Made by a program: the position numbers and the translations under genes. A stretch of 63,609 nucleotides of DNA. Source: a virus (Duplodnaviria; Caudoviricetes). The stretch is taken from IMG/VR virus record IMGVR_UViG_3300042892_001063, positions 1 through 63,609 of that record; one strand, 5' to 3'. This document shows, piece by piece, positions 1 through 8,227 of this stretch (the first letter of the stretch is position 1; each line of letters begins with the position of its first letter). The notes below the pieces were generated by a model. That model was given only the letters and a program-made list of their open reading frames with translations. It had not been told where the DNA came from and made no database searches.

Positions 1-127
1 TTATCCGACAACAAACGACTACAAACGACTACAAATGTAAATTATTGAATTGGTTTATATATACATACGCGCGTGTATTACATTATTACGCAAATTTTGA
101 ATTTATAAGATACTTACAAAAGTTGCT
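1..127. repeat. Terminal direct repeat, copy 1 (identical to 63483-63609)
   Basis: ttatccgaca...aaagttgct at 1-127 recurs at 63483-63609; 127 bp equals a common assembler k-mer, so this indicates a circular assembly. Confidence 0.95.
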
Positions 128-367
128 TTATACGTGTCTAATATCTTACATCATTTAATATTAACATTTATTTGCAATCATAACTACTTCATTATCAACT
201 ACTTAATGACATTAAAAATATTAACTCTTAATATTATGTTAATTTATTAACTTTTGCCTTAAAATTGTATTTTTTTTAAATACCTGAAAATCAACACTTT
301 AATAAAATCAAACTGTTAATTTTATGTTAATATTTATTTTTGTAGTTTTTTTGTCTTAAAAAGTATT

Positions 368-375
368 TATATTTG
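368..375 (+). promoter_or_regulatory. Bacteroidota sigma70-type -7 element (TATATTTG), early promoter
   Basis: Matches TAnnTTTG; TTTG at 339-342; upstream of the first + strand ORF. Confidence 0.65.
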
Positions 376-458
376 CTTCAGAATTGTACGAAAGACGTGT
401 AATTTAGGCAAATAGCCGACTTAATCGCCTGATAATCAGGCATTTACATCAAAACATT

Positions 459-860
459 ATGAATAATTCAACAAAAAATGCAGTAAAATCAACTGTTAAC
501 AATTTAAAAGTAGTTAACAAAGCGGAACAAAAGTTATTAAGTGTACCAACGCCAAAGGTAAAAGCCCCAAAGATAGTAAAGGTAAAAGCCCCTAAAATAG
601 AACTACATAAGGCGTTACTTGACTGTAACCAATTAGACAAAGCTGAAAATTTCAGTTTGTCAGGAGCATTGAACCGCCTTAAAAAGCAAGTTCAAAAAAA
701 CCAAACTTACAAAGGTATTACGCCTGTTATACTTGATGAAGCTATGAAGTTTGACAATTTATTAAAAAACGTGTCCGCCCGTTGTATTGCTTCGCAAAGG
801 TTTACAGTTTACGCCTTAGGACTAGCCGTAAACAAGTACTTAAAAACCGCCTTAAAATAG
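459..860 (+). CDS. Hypothetical basic early protein
   Basis: 133 aa ORF after the promoter, AACATTATG start context, Lys-rich with a repeated KVKAPKI. Confidence 0.75.
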   Translation: MNNSTKNAVKSTVNNLKVVNKAEQKLLSVPTPKVKAPKIVKVKAPKIELHKALLDCNQLDKAENFSLSGALNRLKKQVQKNQTYKGITPVILDEAMKFDNLLKNVSARCIASQRFTVYALGLAVNKYLKTALK

Positions 861-1025
861 GCGTTACCTGAATAAAAACCCCGCTTACCTTAGTGAGAAT
901 AGCTAAGGGCAAAAATCGAACTTTTGCGGGGTTCAAATATACCTTATTTTAGGTATAAAAAGCCCTTATTTTAGGTGCTTATGTATAAACGGCAAAAATA
1001 TCTATTTTGATACGTTGTTTATATC

Positions 1026-1041
1026 GTTCATTGACTTATTG
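1026..1041 (+). promoter_or_regulatory. rrn boxA-like antitermination element (GTTCATTGACTTATTG)
   Basis: Resembles the boxA consensus GCTCTTTAACA / GTTCTTTGACA; lies in the non-coding early leader. Confidence 0.4.
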
Positions 1042-1247
1042 GAATTGACTTTTACAAATGCAAACATAATTTGTTTACAAATGTAACGACTTGGAACACT
1101 ACGAAAGTACCATCATAAAATCGTATATAGTTACAGTATTGACAGTAATAGGTTCGCCTTAGTTGATATGTAGTGTATATAGTCAAGCCCGCTTGCAAGC
1201 GGTTTTAATATGCAAAAAAGTCAATTATGACTTAGACAAAATAGGTA

Positions 1248-1265
1248 TGTTTACAAATGTAAACA
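1248..1265. promoter_or_regulatory. Palindromic operator-like site TGTTTACA-AA-TGTAAACA
   Basis: Perfect 8-bp arms; variants at 1050-1066, 1072-1087, 30-41 and 59657-59666. Confidence 0.5.
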
Positions 1266-1311
1266 CAAATATAAATAACAATACCACCTTACATATAGTG
1301 AGGTGGAATAT

Positions 1312-1364
1312 TGTATGGTATAGCTATTGGAATAGTCAATGTGGTTCGATTCCACACTATACAC
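1312..1364 (+). ncRNA. Mini tRNA-like element (acceptor stem + one hairpin + T arm)
   Basis: TGTATGG/CTATACA acceptor stem; TGTGG-TTCGATT-CCACA T arm; only ~21 nt between them. Confidence 0.55.
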
Positions 1365-1384
1365 TAACTTTAAAATAAACCAAA

Positions 1385-1567
1385 ATGAGAACACGTATTG
1401 AAACCAAAGTAAATGTTGAAAGCGTAATTCAACAAATTGAAAATGAATTTACAGCCTATTCAAAGGCTGTCAAAACAGTAATGAAATTATACAATTTAGC
1501 GTACAAAGATGCTAAGCGTATGCTTGAAGCGAGAATAGAGTACAGACTAACCTTTAAAACTAATTAA
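1385..1567 (+). CDS. Hypothetical protein
   Basis: 60 aa ORF, A-rich leader, tight operon spacing. Confidence 0.7.
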   Translation: MRTRIETKVNVESVIQQIENEFTAYSKAVKTVMKLYNLAYKDAKRMLEARIEYRLTFKTN

Positions 1568-1568
1568 G

Positions 1569-1790
1569 ATGAACACAACAATTAAAGAACAAATTGAATC
1601 TCAAAGTTGGAAAGGTTTGGGATATACTATTTATGTTATAGATTATTCTAAGTTTATTCAAGGATTAGAAACAGAAACCGAAGCAGAAAATAATGCTTAT
1701 ACATATTGGCAAACAAATAAAGGTATTGAATTTCAAGACGAGAGAAGTGAATTAGCTTATAATAATAATATAAAAATAAAAACAATATGA
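1569..1790 (+). CDS. Hypothetical protein
   Basis: 73 aa ORF abutting its neighbours. Confidence 0.7.
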   Translation: MNTTIKEQIESQSWKGLGYTIYVIDYSKFIQGLETETEAENNAYTYWQTNKGIEFQDERSELAYNNNIKIKTI

Positions 1791-1906
1791 GAAACTTAAT
1801 CAATTTCGTAGTAGCGTCAATCACGCTGTTAACGGTGGACAATGCTGTAATGTGTATTGGAATAGTAGCAATAGTATTAATCAATATCAAATCAATAGTA
1901 AGATGA
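1787..1906 (+). CDS. Small membrane protein (39 aa, not in ORF track)
   Basis: MRNLINFVVASITLLTVDNAVMCIGIVAIVLINIKSIVR; ATGA overlaps on both sides. Confidence 0.6.
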   Translation: MRNLINFVVASITLLTVDNAVMCIGIVAIVLINIKSIVR

Positions 1907-2190
1907 ATTATATAACACCAATTAAGAAACAATTAGACTCAAATATGCACGACCAATGCGTAATGTTTATGTTAATCGGAACACCTAGAGAAAGTCCAAG
2001 GTGGATGAACTTCGGAGATTTCAATATGGATACCAAAGTATTGACAATTCAAAGCACCCAACGAAGAGGAATATTCTTCAATGTTGAAACAGACTTTGAT
2101 TGGGTAGATTGCGAAGAGTTTTGGGTACAATTCAAGCTATATAGAACTAGTTTTTTAATAGATAACTATCCAACAATTAGTACATATTAA
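1903..2190 (+). CDS. Hypothetical protein
   Basis: Start moved to ATG 1903 (ATGA coupling with the upstream ORF). Confidence 0.65.
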   Translation: MNYITPIKKQLDSNMHDQCVMFMLIGTPRESPRWMNFGDFNMDTKVLTIQSTQRRGIFFNVETDFDWVDCEEFWVQFKLYRTSFLIDNYPTISTY

Positions 2191-2191
2191 T

Positions 2192-2419
2192 ATGGCACTT
2201 TACGAAATAGTTATAGGAAATCAGTCAGGAGATACTAATTATTCAGTATTGGTATTATCAAATCAACCTTTAGATGAGAAAAACGCTCACAATGTAGTAG
2301 GTATAGATGAGGGTTGGGGAGAATATATTGCATCAGTAAGTATAGCTATGGTGCGAACTAACTCTTACGATGAAGAAGAAGAAGAAGAATTAATGAACAT
2401 TAGAAACTTATTATTATGA
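2192..2419 (+). CDS. Hypothetical protein
   Basis: 75 aa ORF with an acidic run. Confidence 0.7.
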   Translation: MALYEIVIGNQSGDTNYSVLVLSNQPLDEKNAHNVVGIDEGWGEYIASVSIAMVRTNSYDEEEEEELMNIRNLLL

Positions 2420-2754
2420 AATTTATAATAGACAGACCGATTGAAGGCTCATATTCAGAAGAAATAAAATTTGAGCAAACTCATAAATTCTTTAATATGG
2501 AAGACAAGGAAAGAGCCGAGAGAAATAGATTAAGATGGATTGAGCCCGATGAAACAGTTATATATGGTTGGATTGATGATGATGAAACTTGTCATAGAGT
2601 GTGTAGAAAAACAATTGAATGCATAGATGTTAACACGCTTGAGGAATTATATGCCATCACTAAAAGTAACGAGGGCAAAATAGTGTTCGGAACTAATAGA
2701 GGTCACGAAGGTATTGATGGGTGGATAGAGATATATGATGACTACAGAGAGTAA
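2416..2754 (+). CDS. Hypothetical protein
   Basis: 112 aa, ATGA overlap, ends IEIYDDYRE. Confidence 0.75.
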   Translation: MKFIIDRPIEGSYSEEIKFEQTHKFFNMEDKERAERNRLRWIEPDETVIYGWIDDDETCHRVCRKTIECIDVNTLEELYAITKSNEGKIVFGTNRGHEGIDGWIEIYDDYRE

Positions 2755-2758
2755 AGAT

Positions 2759-2914
2759 ATGCAAACAGAACTAACAGACATTAAGAAGTGGACAGATACC
2801 TATCTAAATCCACCAACAGTACAGGCGTGGAAAGATGCGTACGAGAAACTTAAAAAAGTCCACGATAAGTACGGCACAATAGAAATAAGTATAATCAAAT
2901 CATTAATCAATTAA
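2759..2914 (+). CDS. Hypothetical protein (51 aa, not in ORF track)
   Basis: Fills the gap with 4-nt spacing on each side. Confidence 0.55.
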   Translation: MQTELTDIKKWTDTYLNPPTVQAWKDAYEKLKKVHDKYGTIEISIIKSLIN

Positions 2915-2918
2915 CATT

Positions 2919-3320
2919 ATGGAAACAAAAACAATTCAATCGTGGAGACACAAAAAAGTACGTGTAAAAGAAGAGTATATTATTAAAGAAAGGCTTATAG
3001 ATGAAGACGCATCTACCTATGATGATGATGACAATATTATTGAAGAAGTGTATTATGAACAAGAGTATATAAAGTCCTATTGTGGACTTGGAAGTGTATT
3101 AAGAGGCAAAGAGCGAGATGTTTTTGAGGTAGCATCTGACTGTTATGGCGTTGACTTATATAGTTATCATTTTCAAAAATTTGATATAGATACACTACCT
3201 GAACCAACGCATCAAATAATATTAAGAGATAATGGATACCCATTTATGTGGGATACTAAGTACTTCGAGGTGGTAACGGCTGAAACAATTTATGTAACTG
3301 ACAAAGAATTTAATCAATAA
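2919..3320 (+). CDS. Hypothetical acidic protein
   Basis: 133 aa, AACATTATG start context. Confidence 0.75.
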   Translation: METKTIQSWRHKKVRVKEEYIIKERLIDEDASTYDDDDNIIEEVYYEQEYIKSYCGLGSVLRGKERDVFEVASDCYGVDLYSYHFQKFDIDTLPEPTHQIILRDNGYPFMWDTKYFEVVTAETIYVTDKEFNQ

Positions 3321-3324
3321 CATT

Positions 3325-3669
3325 ATGAACACACAAAACTTTTTAGATGCATTAGACAAATTAACTTTTGTCAAGTACGAAGACAAGACCCTGCATACGG
3401 CAGAGGGTTTTGAGATTAGCTATGAAATTGAATTAAATGGTGGTGCAATATCAAAGTATCCACTTGAATTCATATTCAGAGTAAGGAAAGACAACACACA
3501 CGTACAATCGTGGGGTTGTGAAGACAATGACGACAATATTATTGCTAACATTTGGTGGCAAAAGAAAGAGAGTTCGATGCATCAATTAGAGTATGATGCG
3601 AAAGACAAAAAGAAATGCGAATTAAAAGATGAATTTAAACGATTAACCGTTTATAAATTAGAACTATGA
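3325..3669 (+). CDS. Hypothetical protein
   Basis: 114 aa, AACATTATG start context. Confidence 0.75.
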   Translation: MNTQNFLDALDKLTFVKYEDKTLHTAEGFEISYEIELNGGAISKYPLEFIFRVRKDNTHVQSWGCEDNDDNIIANIWWQKKESSMHQLEYDAKDKKKCELKDEFKRLTVYKLEL

Positions 3670-3878
3670 AAGACATTAAACATTATTCAGACCAAGAGCT
3701 AAGCCTCTTATTTTTTAACGATGAGTTTTTATATACGGAACTAATGAGAGCAGTCAGGAGAGCTGACTTTACTATTGTAAAAGAGTTATGCGATGAGTTT
3801 TTCATCTACACGAAAGACCAATTAGAGGACTTAGCCGACACATTCAACAATGAACTAATAGATTACGAACAAGAATAA
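3666..3878 (+). CDS. Hypothetical protein
   Basis: 70 aa, ATGA overlap. Confidence 0.7.
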   Translation: MKDIKHYSDQELSLLFFNDEFLYTELMRAVRRADFTIVKELCDEFFIYTKDQLEDLADTFNNELIDYEQE

Positions 3879-3890
3879 AACTATCACTCT

Positions 3891-4193
3891 ATGGAAAAAG
3901 AATTTAGAATTTATAAGCATAAATTAATTTTAAACAAGGGAGACAAGCGAATACTCAAAAAGTATTTAAAGTATTACGCTGACAAATTAGAGGTAACTAA
4001 TTATAGTTTATCAGAAGACTTTATAGGGTGTACTCCTGCGGCAGATATGGAAAAATACTATATAGGTATGAGGTTTATGGTTGGGCAAATGCAGCACGAA
4101 TTAAATAATATTAAGACTGTTGGAGAACAACAGGAGATTGACAGGAAGTGGGATTTAATAAAGGATAGAAATATAATAGGAGAAGAACAATAA
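3891..4193 (+). CDS. Hypothetical protein
   Basis: 100 aa ORF in the operon. Confidence 0.7.
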   Translation: MEKEFRIYKHKLILNKGDKRILKKYLKYYADKLEVTNYSLSEDFIGCTPAADMEKYYIGMRFMVGQMQHELNNIKTVGEQQEIDRKWDLIKDRNIIGEEQ

Positions 4194-4216
4194 TTATTAA
4201 CTAAATTTTTTACATT

Positions 4217-5431
4217 ATGACATTATCAGAATTAAGAATACTTTACGAAGTGTTCGACCAAGACAGAAGAAAAGTGGAACGTGCAATTGCAAGTATTGAC
4301 GAGGAGTTTGTAACCATTGACGAGGTAGAGCGTGAAGATTACTTTATATACGGAAAATTCATATACTCGTCTGACAACTATGTGAGTGACTACTATGGTA
4401 ATTTAGTAGAAAGAGACAATGCGTTTTGGTGTAGTGGATATGAAGAATACTTCAACATTGAGGATAGCGTGACCGTCTATGAGTATAGGAATGAAGATAG
4501 ATACAGTCGCAGATATGCCGAGCAGAACTGTGATTGGAACGAGTATCGTGGAGAATACTACGACCAAGAGGCATTGGCGGAACACGACCTTGTATATGTT
4601 GAAGATGCAGGGGAGATTATGAATGAAGATAGCGCATATTATCACGAAGAAGAAGGGAATTGGTACACATATCCTAGTGACAGACAGGAATACACACGAG
4701 GGTATCACGATGGTTCGTACCAATCAGTAAACTTTGACGGCAAGTCTAAGTATAAAATTGGCTATGAGATTGAGAAGGAAGACCAAAGGGTATTAGAATC
4801 TATTAACATTGAGGACTTCGAGCAAGAGACGGGGGGTGTATGGCGTAAAGAGAGAGACGGCAGTCTTAATGAAGGTACAGGCTACGAGTTAATCAGTCCT
4901 ACATTTGAGTTCAATATTGACAAAATATTTGAGCATATCGAGGGCAATAGTACATTGGTAAAACATATCAATGCAGAGATTTCAACACGATGCGGTGGAC
5001 ATATCCACTTATCAGAAGCGGGGTTATCAGGAGAGCAACTGTTTGATAAGGTCAAAGGTTATACGCCACTGTTCTACGCATTGTACTATGGTAGAGTTGA
5101 CAAAACATACTGTAAAGGTAAGGCTAACATTGACCTCAAGTGTGAGAACGAGAAGTACCAAGCAATTAAGATACATCATGACCGTATTGAGTTTAGGATT
5201 ATCAGCGCAGTACCAAACGTTAAGACATTGAAGTGGCGAACTAAGTTGTTGATGATGATTCTACAACACCCTACCAATGACATTATCAAAGCGTACTACA
5301 ATGTAGATACCAAGTTCACAAAAATACTTAAGCAAACCTACTCTGATGAGAAGTTGGTTGAGTTGAAAGAAAGATTTATAAAATTTACAAGACAATTCGA
5401 GGGAATAGATATTAATAACAATAAAAAATAA
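4217..5431 (+). CDS. Putative amidoligase (COOH-NH2 ligase type, Amidoligase_2-like)
   Basis: Motifs IGYEIE, DGSL, YELISP, CGGHIH, IEFR; followed by a GATase. Confidence 0.85.
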   Translation: MTLSELRILYEVFDQDRRKVERAIASIDEEFVTIDEVEREDYFIYGKFIYSSDNYVSDYYGNLVERDNAFWCSGYEEYFNIEDSVTVYEYRNEDRYSRRYAEQNCDWNEYRGEYYDQEALAEHDLVYVEDAGEIMNEDSAYYHEEEGNWYTYPSDRQEYTRGYHDGSYQSVNFDGKSKYKIGYEIEKEDQRVLESINIEDFEQETGGVWRKERDGSLNEGTGYELISPTFEFNIDKIFEHIEGNSTLVKHINAEISTRCGGHIHLSEAGLSGEQLFDKVKGYTPLFYALYYGRVDKTYCKGKANIDLKCENEKYQAIKIHHDRIEFRIISAVPNVKTLKWRTKLLMMILQHPTNDIIKAYYNVDTKFTKILKQTYSDEKLVELKERFIKFTRQFEGIDINNNKK

Positions 5432-5437
5432 AACATT

Positions 5438-6256
5438 ATGTGCATAGCAATTTTAAACTGTAAAAAAGGTGGAAGACTACCTAAAAAACAAATTCAAAAC
5501 TCTTGGGATAACAATGATATGGGAGCAGGGCTTCTATGGAATAAAGATAACAAGTTAAATGTATTCAAAACGTATGAGTACGAAGAGTATATCGAGAAGT
5601 ATAACGAGCTGCGTGATGATAAGTCTATCGGGCATATTGTCCTACATTTCAGGATAGCCACAAGTGGATACAAAGGAGAGCATAACCTACACCCATTCCT
5701 TACCAATGATAACTTAGGGTTCGTACATAACGGAGTGATTAAGGGATTAGGTAATAAAACATTCTCAGATACGTATGAGTTCAACGATATGCTTAAGAAA
5801 TTCAGTCATAACTTCCTGACTTGTGATATGAGTAAGTTCTTCATATCAGAGTACATAGGGTATAGCAAGTTAATCTTCTTAGATAATAAAGACAAGTACA
5901 CCATTATCAACGAAGAGTTAGGCAAGTGGTCAAGTGGCAATTGGTACTCAAACGATTCGTATAAAGAATATAATGACTACTCGTACCACGGGAATGTTAA
6001 GGTAGCTAAGGGTGCTAACAATAGCGTTGACTTCTCAGCTAAGTGGGACGATATGGACGTATGGGATAGCCCTACGCCTAAGACATATACCTATGATGAT
6101 GAGGAGTTGTATGATGAGTGGGAGATATACGAATACTTATGCGACCTATACGGATTAGACCCTAACGATGAGTCCTCATTCAAGGAGATTGAGATATATA
6201 TGGACTTAAACGGAGCTAAAACTATTACTGAACTGTACGATACTATCGTACTTTAA
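5438..6256 (+). CDS. Class II (Ntn) glutamine amidotransferase
   Basis: N-terminal MC, HFRIATSG, NLHPF, FVHNG, SDT. Confidence 0.9.
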   Translation: MCIAILNCKKGGRLPKKQIQNSWDNNDMGAGLLWNKDNKLNVFKTYEYEEYIEKYNELRDDKSIGHIVLHFRIATSGYKGEHNLHPFLTNDNLGFVHNGVIKGLGNKTFSDTYEFNDMLKKFSHNFLTCDMSKFFISEYIGYSKLIFLDNKDKYTIINEELGKWSSGNWYSNDSYKEYNDYSYHGNVKVAKGANNSVDFSAKWDDMDVWDSPTPKTYTYDDEELYDEWEIYEYLCDLYGLDPNDESSFKEIEIYMDLNGAKTITELYDTIVL

Positions 6257-6530
6257 TTAAAACTATCATTATTATGGAAACATTAATAGTTTTATGTGCG
6301 TACTTACTAGGTATATTCACAGGAATGAATTTAAAAAAATAATAGTTATGGAAAATGAAAATTATTATGTTGAGTTTACAGGAGAGTTTTATCAATCTGT
6401 ATTTCCAAAAAACGAATCAGACAAAAGTCAACTTCATACTACAAAGCAAGATGCTATAGATTATATAGTTCAAGAGAGTGGAGTATATCCAACAATACTT
6501 TAATAATTAAAAACTATCATCATTATGGAA
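6249..6530 (+). repeat. Direct repeat of a stop-leader-start junction (6249-6279 and 6496-6530)
   Basis: TACTTTAA(TAA)TTAAAA(A)CTATCATYATTATGGAA twice; partial copy at 3876-3896. Confidence 0.7.
6348..6503 (+). CDS. Hypothetical protein
   Basis: Likely start MENENYY; a 22-aa hydrophobic ORF at 6274-6342 precedes it. Confidence 0.55.
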   Translation: MENENYYVEFTGEFYQSVFPKNESDKSQLHTTKQDAIDYIVQESGVYPTIL

Positions 6531-6801
6531 GACGTAACCAAATTTTATGAGTGGCTCTTAAAAATTAAAAGCATTCATTTAGCAGACAATTACCGTATGA
6601 GCAAGGCGTTCGATACGGTATATCAAAACAGTGTTGAACCAATTAAAAGAGAACGGAAATGTACACTATCTACTTAGAGTATAGAGGCAATAATGAGCTG
6701 CTGACAAAGGTCAGTGGCTTAGCCAAAGCAAGAGCAGTGTGTAACCAAATAGCCAACGACTGTGGAGATAACTTCATAGTGTGGTATAAAAAACTAAAAC
6801 A

Positions 6802-7188
6802 ATGACTAAAGAATTTATACCTTACGAACGAGCATTAGCTTTAAAAAAATTAGGATTTGATGAATCTTGCATAGGTTTTTATAATGTTAGAAGCCTTTTT
6901 GTACCTGATTATAAAGTAACTAAATTACAAATTGATAATTTAAGATTAGAAAAATGTTGTTTAGCGCCAACATTCGCACAAGCATTTAGATGGTTTAGAG
7001 AGAAGTATAATTTAGATAAAGTAATCTACCCAACGTTAGGAAGTGAAGGAAATTACTATATAAATATTTTTCAAAATTATAATAGTGATAATTCTTTGTA
7101 TTGGAATTGCTCCTATGAAACATTAGAAGAAGCAGAACTTGAATGTCTTAAAAAATTAATTGAGATATGCAACACACACAAACAGTAA
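6802..7188 (+). CDS. Hypothetical phage protein
   Basis: EFIPYExALALKKLGFDE...AFRWFREK...EEAELECLKKLIEI pattern. Confidence 0.75.
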   Translation: MTKEFIPYERALALKKLGFDESCIGFYNVRSLFVPDYKVTKLQIDNLRLEKCCLAPTFAQAFRWFREKYNLDKVIYPTLGSEGNYYINIFQNYNSDNSLYWNCSYETLEEAELECLKKLIEICNTHKQ

Positions 7189-7583
7189 CGCCTCACGGAG
7201 GATTTAACAAATCAGAACAGATGAAAGATAACAAATTAATAGCAGAGTTTATGGGGTTTCAACATACATCAATAGGTTGGTATGATGCAGAGGAATGCCT
7301 ACCTTTTAAATATGAAAATACATTTGACAACTTGAGATTTGATAAGGATTGGAATTGGTTGATTCCTGTGGTGGAAAAGATTGAGAGCACTAAATATTTT
7401 AATAGTGAAATTCAATTTTCAATTACTAAGTATGCAGTTAGTATTCAGTCAATAGATAAGAATGGTGTAATAATATCTCCTTGTATATTTTCAAAGCAAG
7501 GTACTTTTGCGGGTACAGAAAAAAGAAACGCTATATATATAGCCTGTGTAGAATTTATTAAATGGTATTATAAAAATGATTAA
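7167..7583 (+). CDS. Hypothetical phage protein
   Basis: NKLIAEFMG...DWNWLIPVVEKIE pattern; start may be at 7221. Confidence 0.75.
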   Translation: MQHTQTVTPHGGFNKSEQMKDNKLIAEFMGFQHTSIGWYDAEECLPFKYENTFDNLRFDKDWNWLIPVVEKIESTKYFNSEIQFSITKYAVSIQSIDKNGVIISPCIFSKQGTFAGTEKRNAIYIACVEFIKWYYKND

Positions 7584-7782
7584 AGTAACAGAAGACAATT
7601 TCGTTTGGAAAGTTCTAACCGAAAGTCAAGCCAAATTCATATTCATATCAGGAATATTTGAGTTATATTTGCTATTCGATGATGGCACAGATACCCTCAT
7701 TGAAAGCATTGAAGAGATAGGAGAAGCTACCAAAGAGGGAGCGCAATTAGTAATTGAAGTAGGATTTTATGAAAGTATATAG
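7576..7782 (+). CDS. Hypothetical protein
   Basis: 68 aa, overlaps its neighbours. Confidence 0.7.
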   Translation: MIKVTEDNFVWKVLTESQAKFIFISGIFELYLLFDDGTDTLIESIEEIGEATKEGAQLVIEVGFYESI

Positions 7783-7993
7783 AGTAAGTACAACTGCGTA
7801 TGAAGAGGAGGACTTCTTCTTACATACAGAGATAACAGAACAGGAAATCATAGATGTAGTAACACCAATAGTTATGCGAGAACGTGATGGCTACGAGGAT
7901 TACGATAACGAATTATTACTTGATGCTTTAAGAAAGAAGTATTCAAGAAAAGCGATTGAGCTATATACAGAGTTCGATACGATTAAGATTTAG
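7769..7993 (+). CDS. Hypothetical protein
   Basis: 74 aa. Confidence 0.7.
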   Translation: MKVYRVSTTAYEEEDFFLHTEITEQEIIDVVTPIVMRERDGYEDYDNELLLDALRKKYSRKAIELYTEFDTIKI

Positions 7994-8136
7994 AAGGGCG
8001 GCGGTTAAAAAATCCTTACTTATCGGTAATGTAGGTCGTTGTAATGCTATTGGTCAATTCAGTCGCTGCTCAGAGTTTACGCTCTACTCATAATACTGAA
8101 ATTACAATAAGATTGACTGATGGAAAGACATCAACA

Positions 8137-8207
8137 GGGCATTTGGTGTAAGATATTGGTAACATTCCACTTATTAGGAGATAGGGGTTCGATTCCCCTA
8201 ATGCCCA
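8137..8207 (+). tRNA. tRNA-like element / pseudo-tRNA with a truncated anticodon arm
   Basis: GGGCATT/AATGCCC acceptor, GTGT/ACAT D stem with GG in the loop, AGGGG-TTCGATT-CCCCT T arm; anticodon arm only TCC-ACTTATTA-GGA; followed by CTA rather than CCA. Confidence 0.7.
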
Positions 8208-8227
8208 CTAACTTTAAATTAAATCAA

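Noticed and set aside
382-404. GAAAGAC hairpin as a boxB-like family with 8118-8133
   Set aside because: Only two copies, with different loop sizes (5 vs 6 nt); too weak to support
1163-1378. 71-aa ORF in the track
   Set aside because: Non-ATG start and it runs through the operator, hairpin and tRNA-like element; probably non-coding
8116-8133. Hammerhead ribozyme core (CTGATG...GAAA)
   Set aside because: Reads CTGATGG rather than CTGANGA, and there is no stem II between the core strands
8137-8207. Suppressor tRNA (TTA in loop) implying stop-codon recoding
   Set aside because: The anticodon arm is non-canonical, and genes are intact and tightly packed under the standard code
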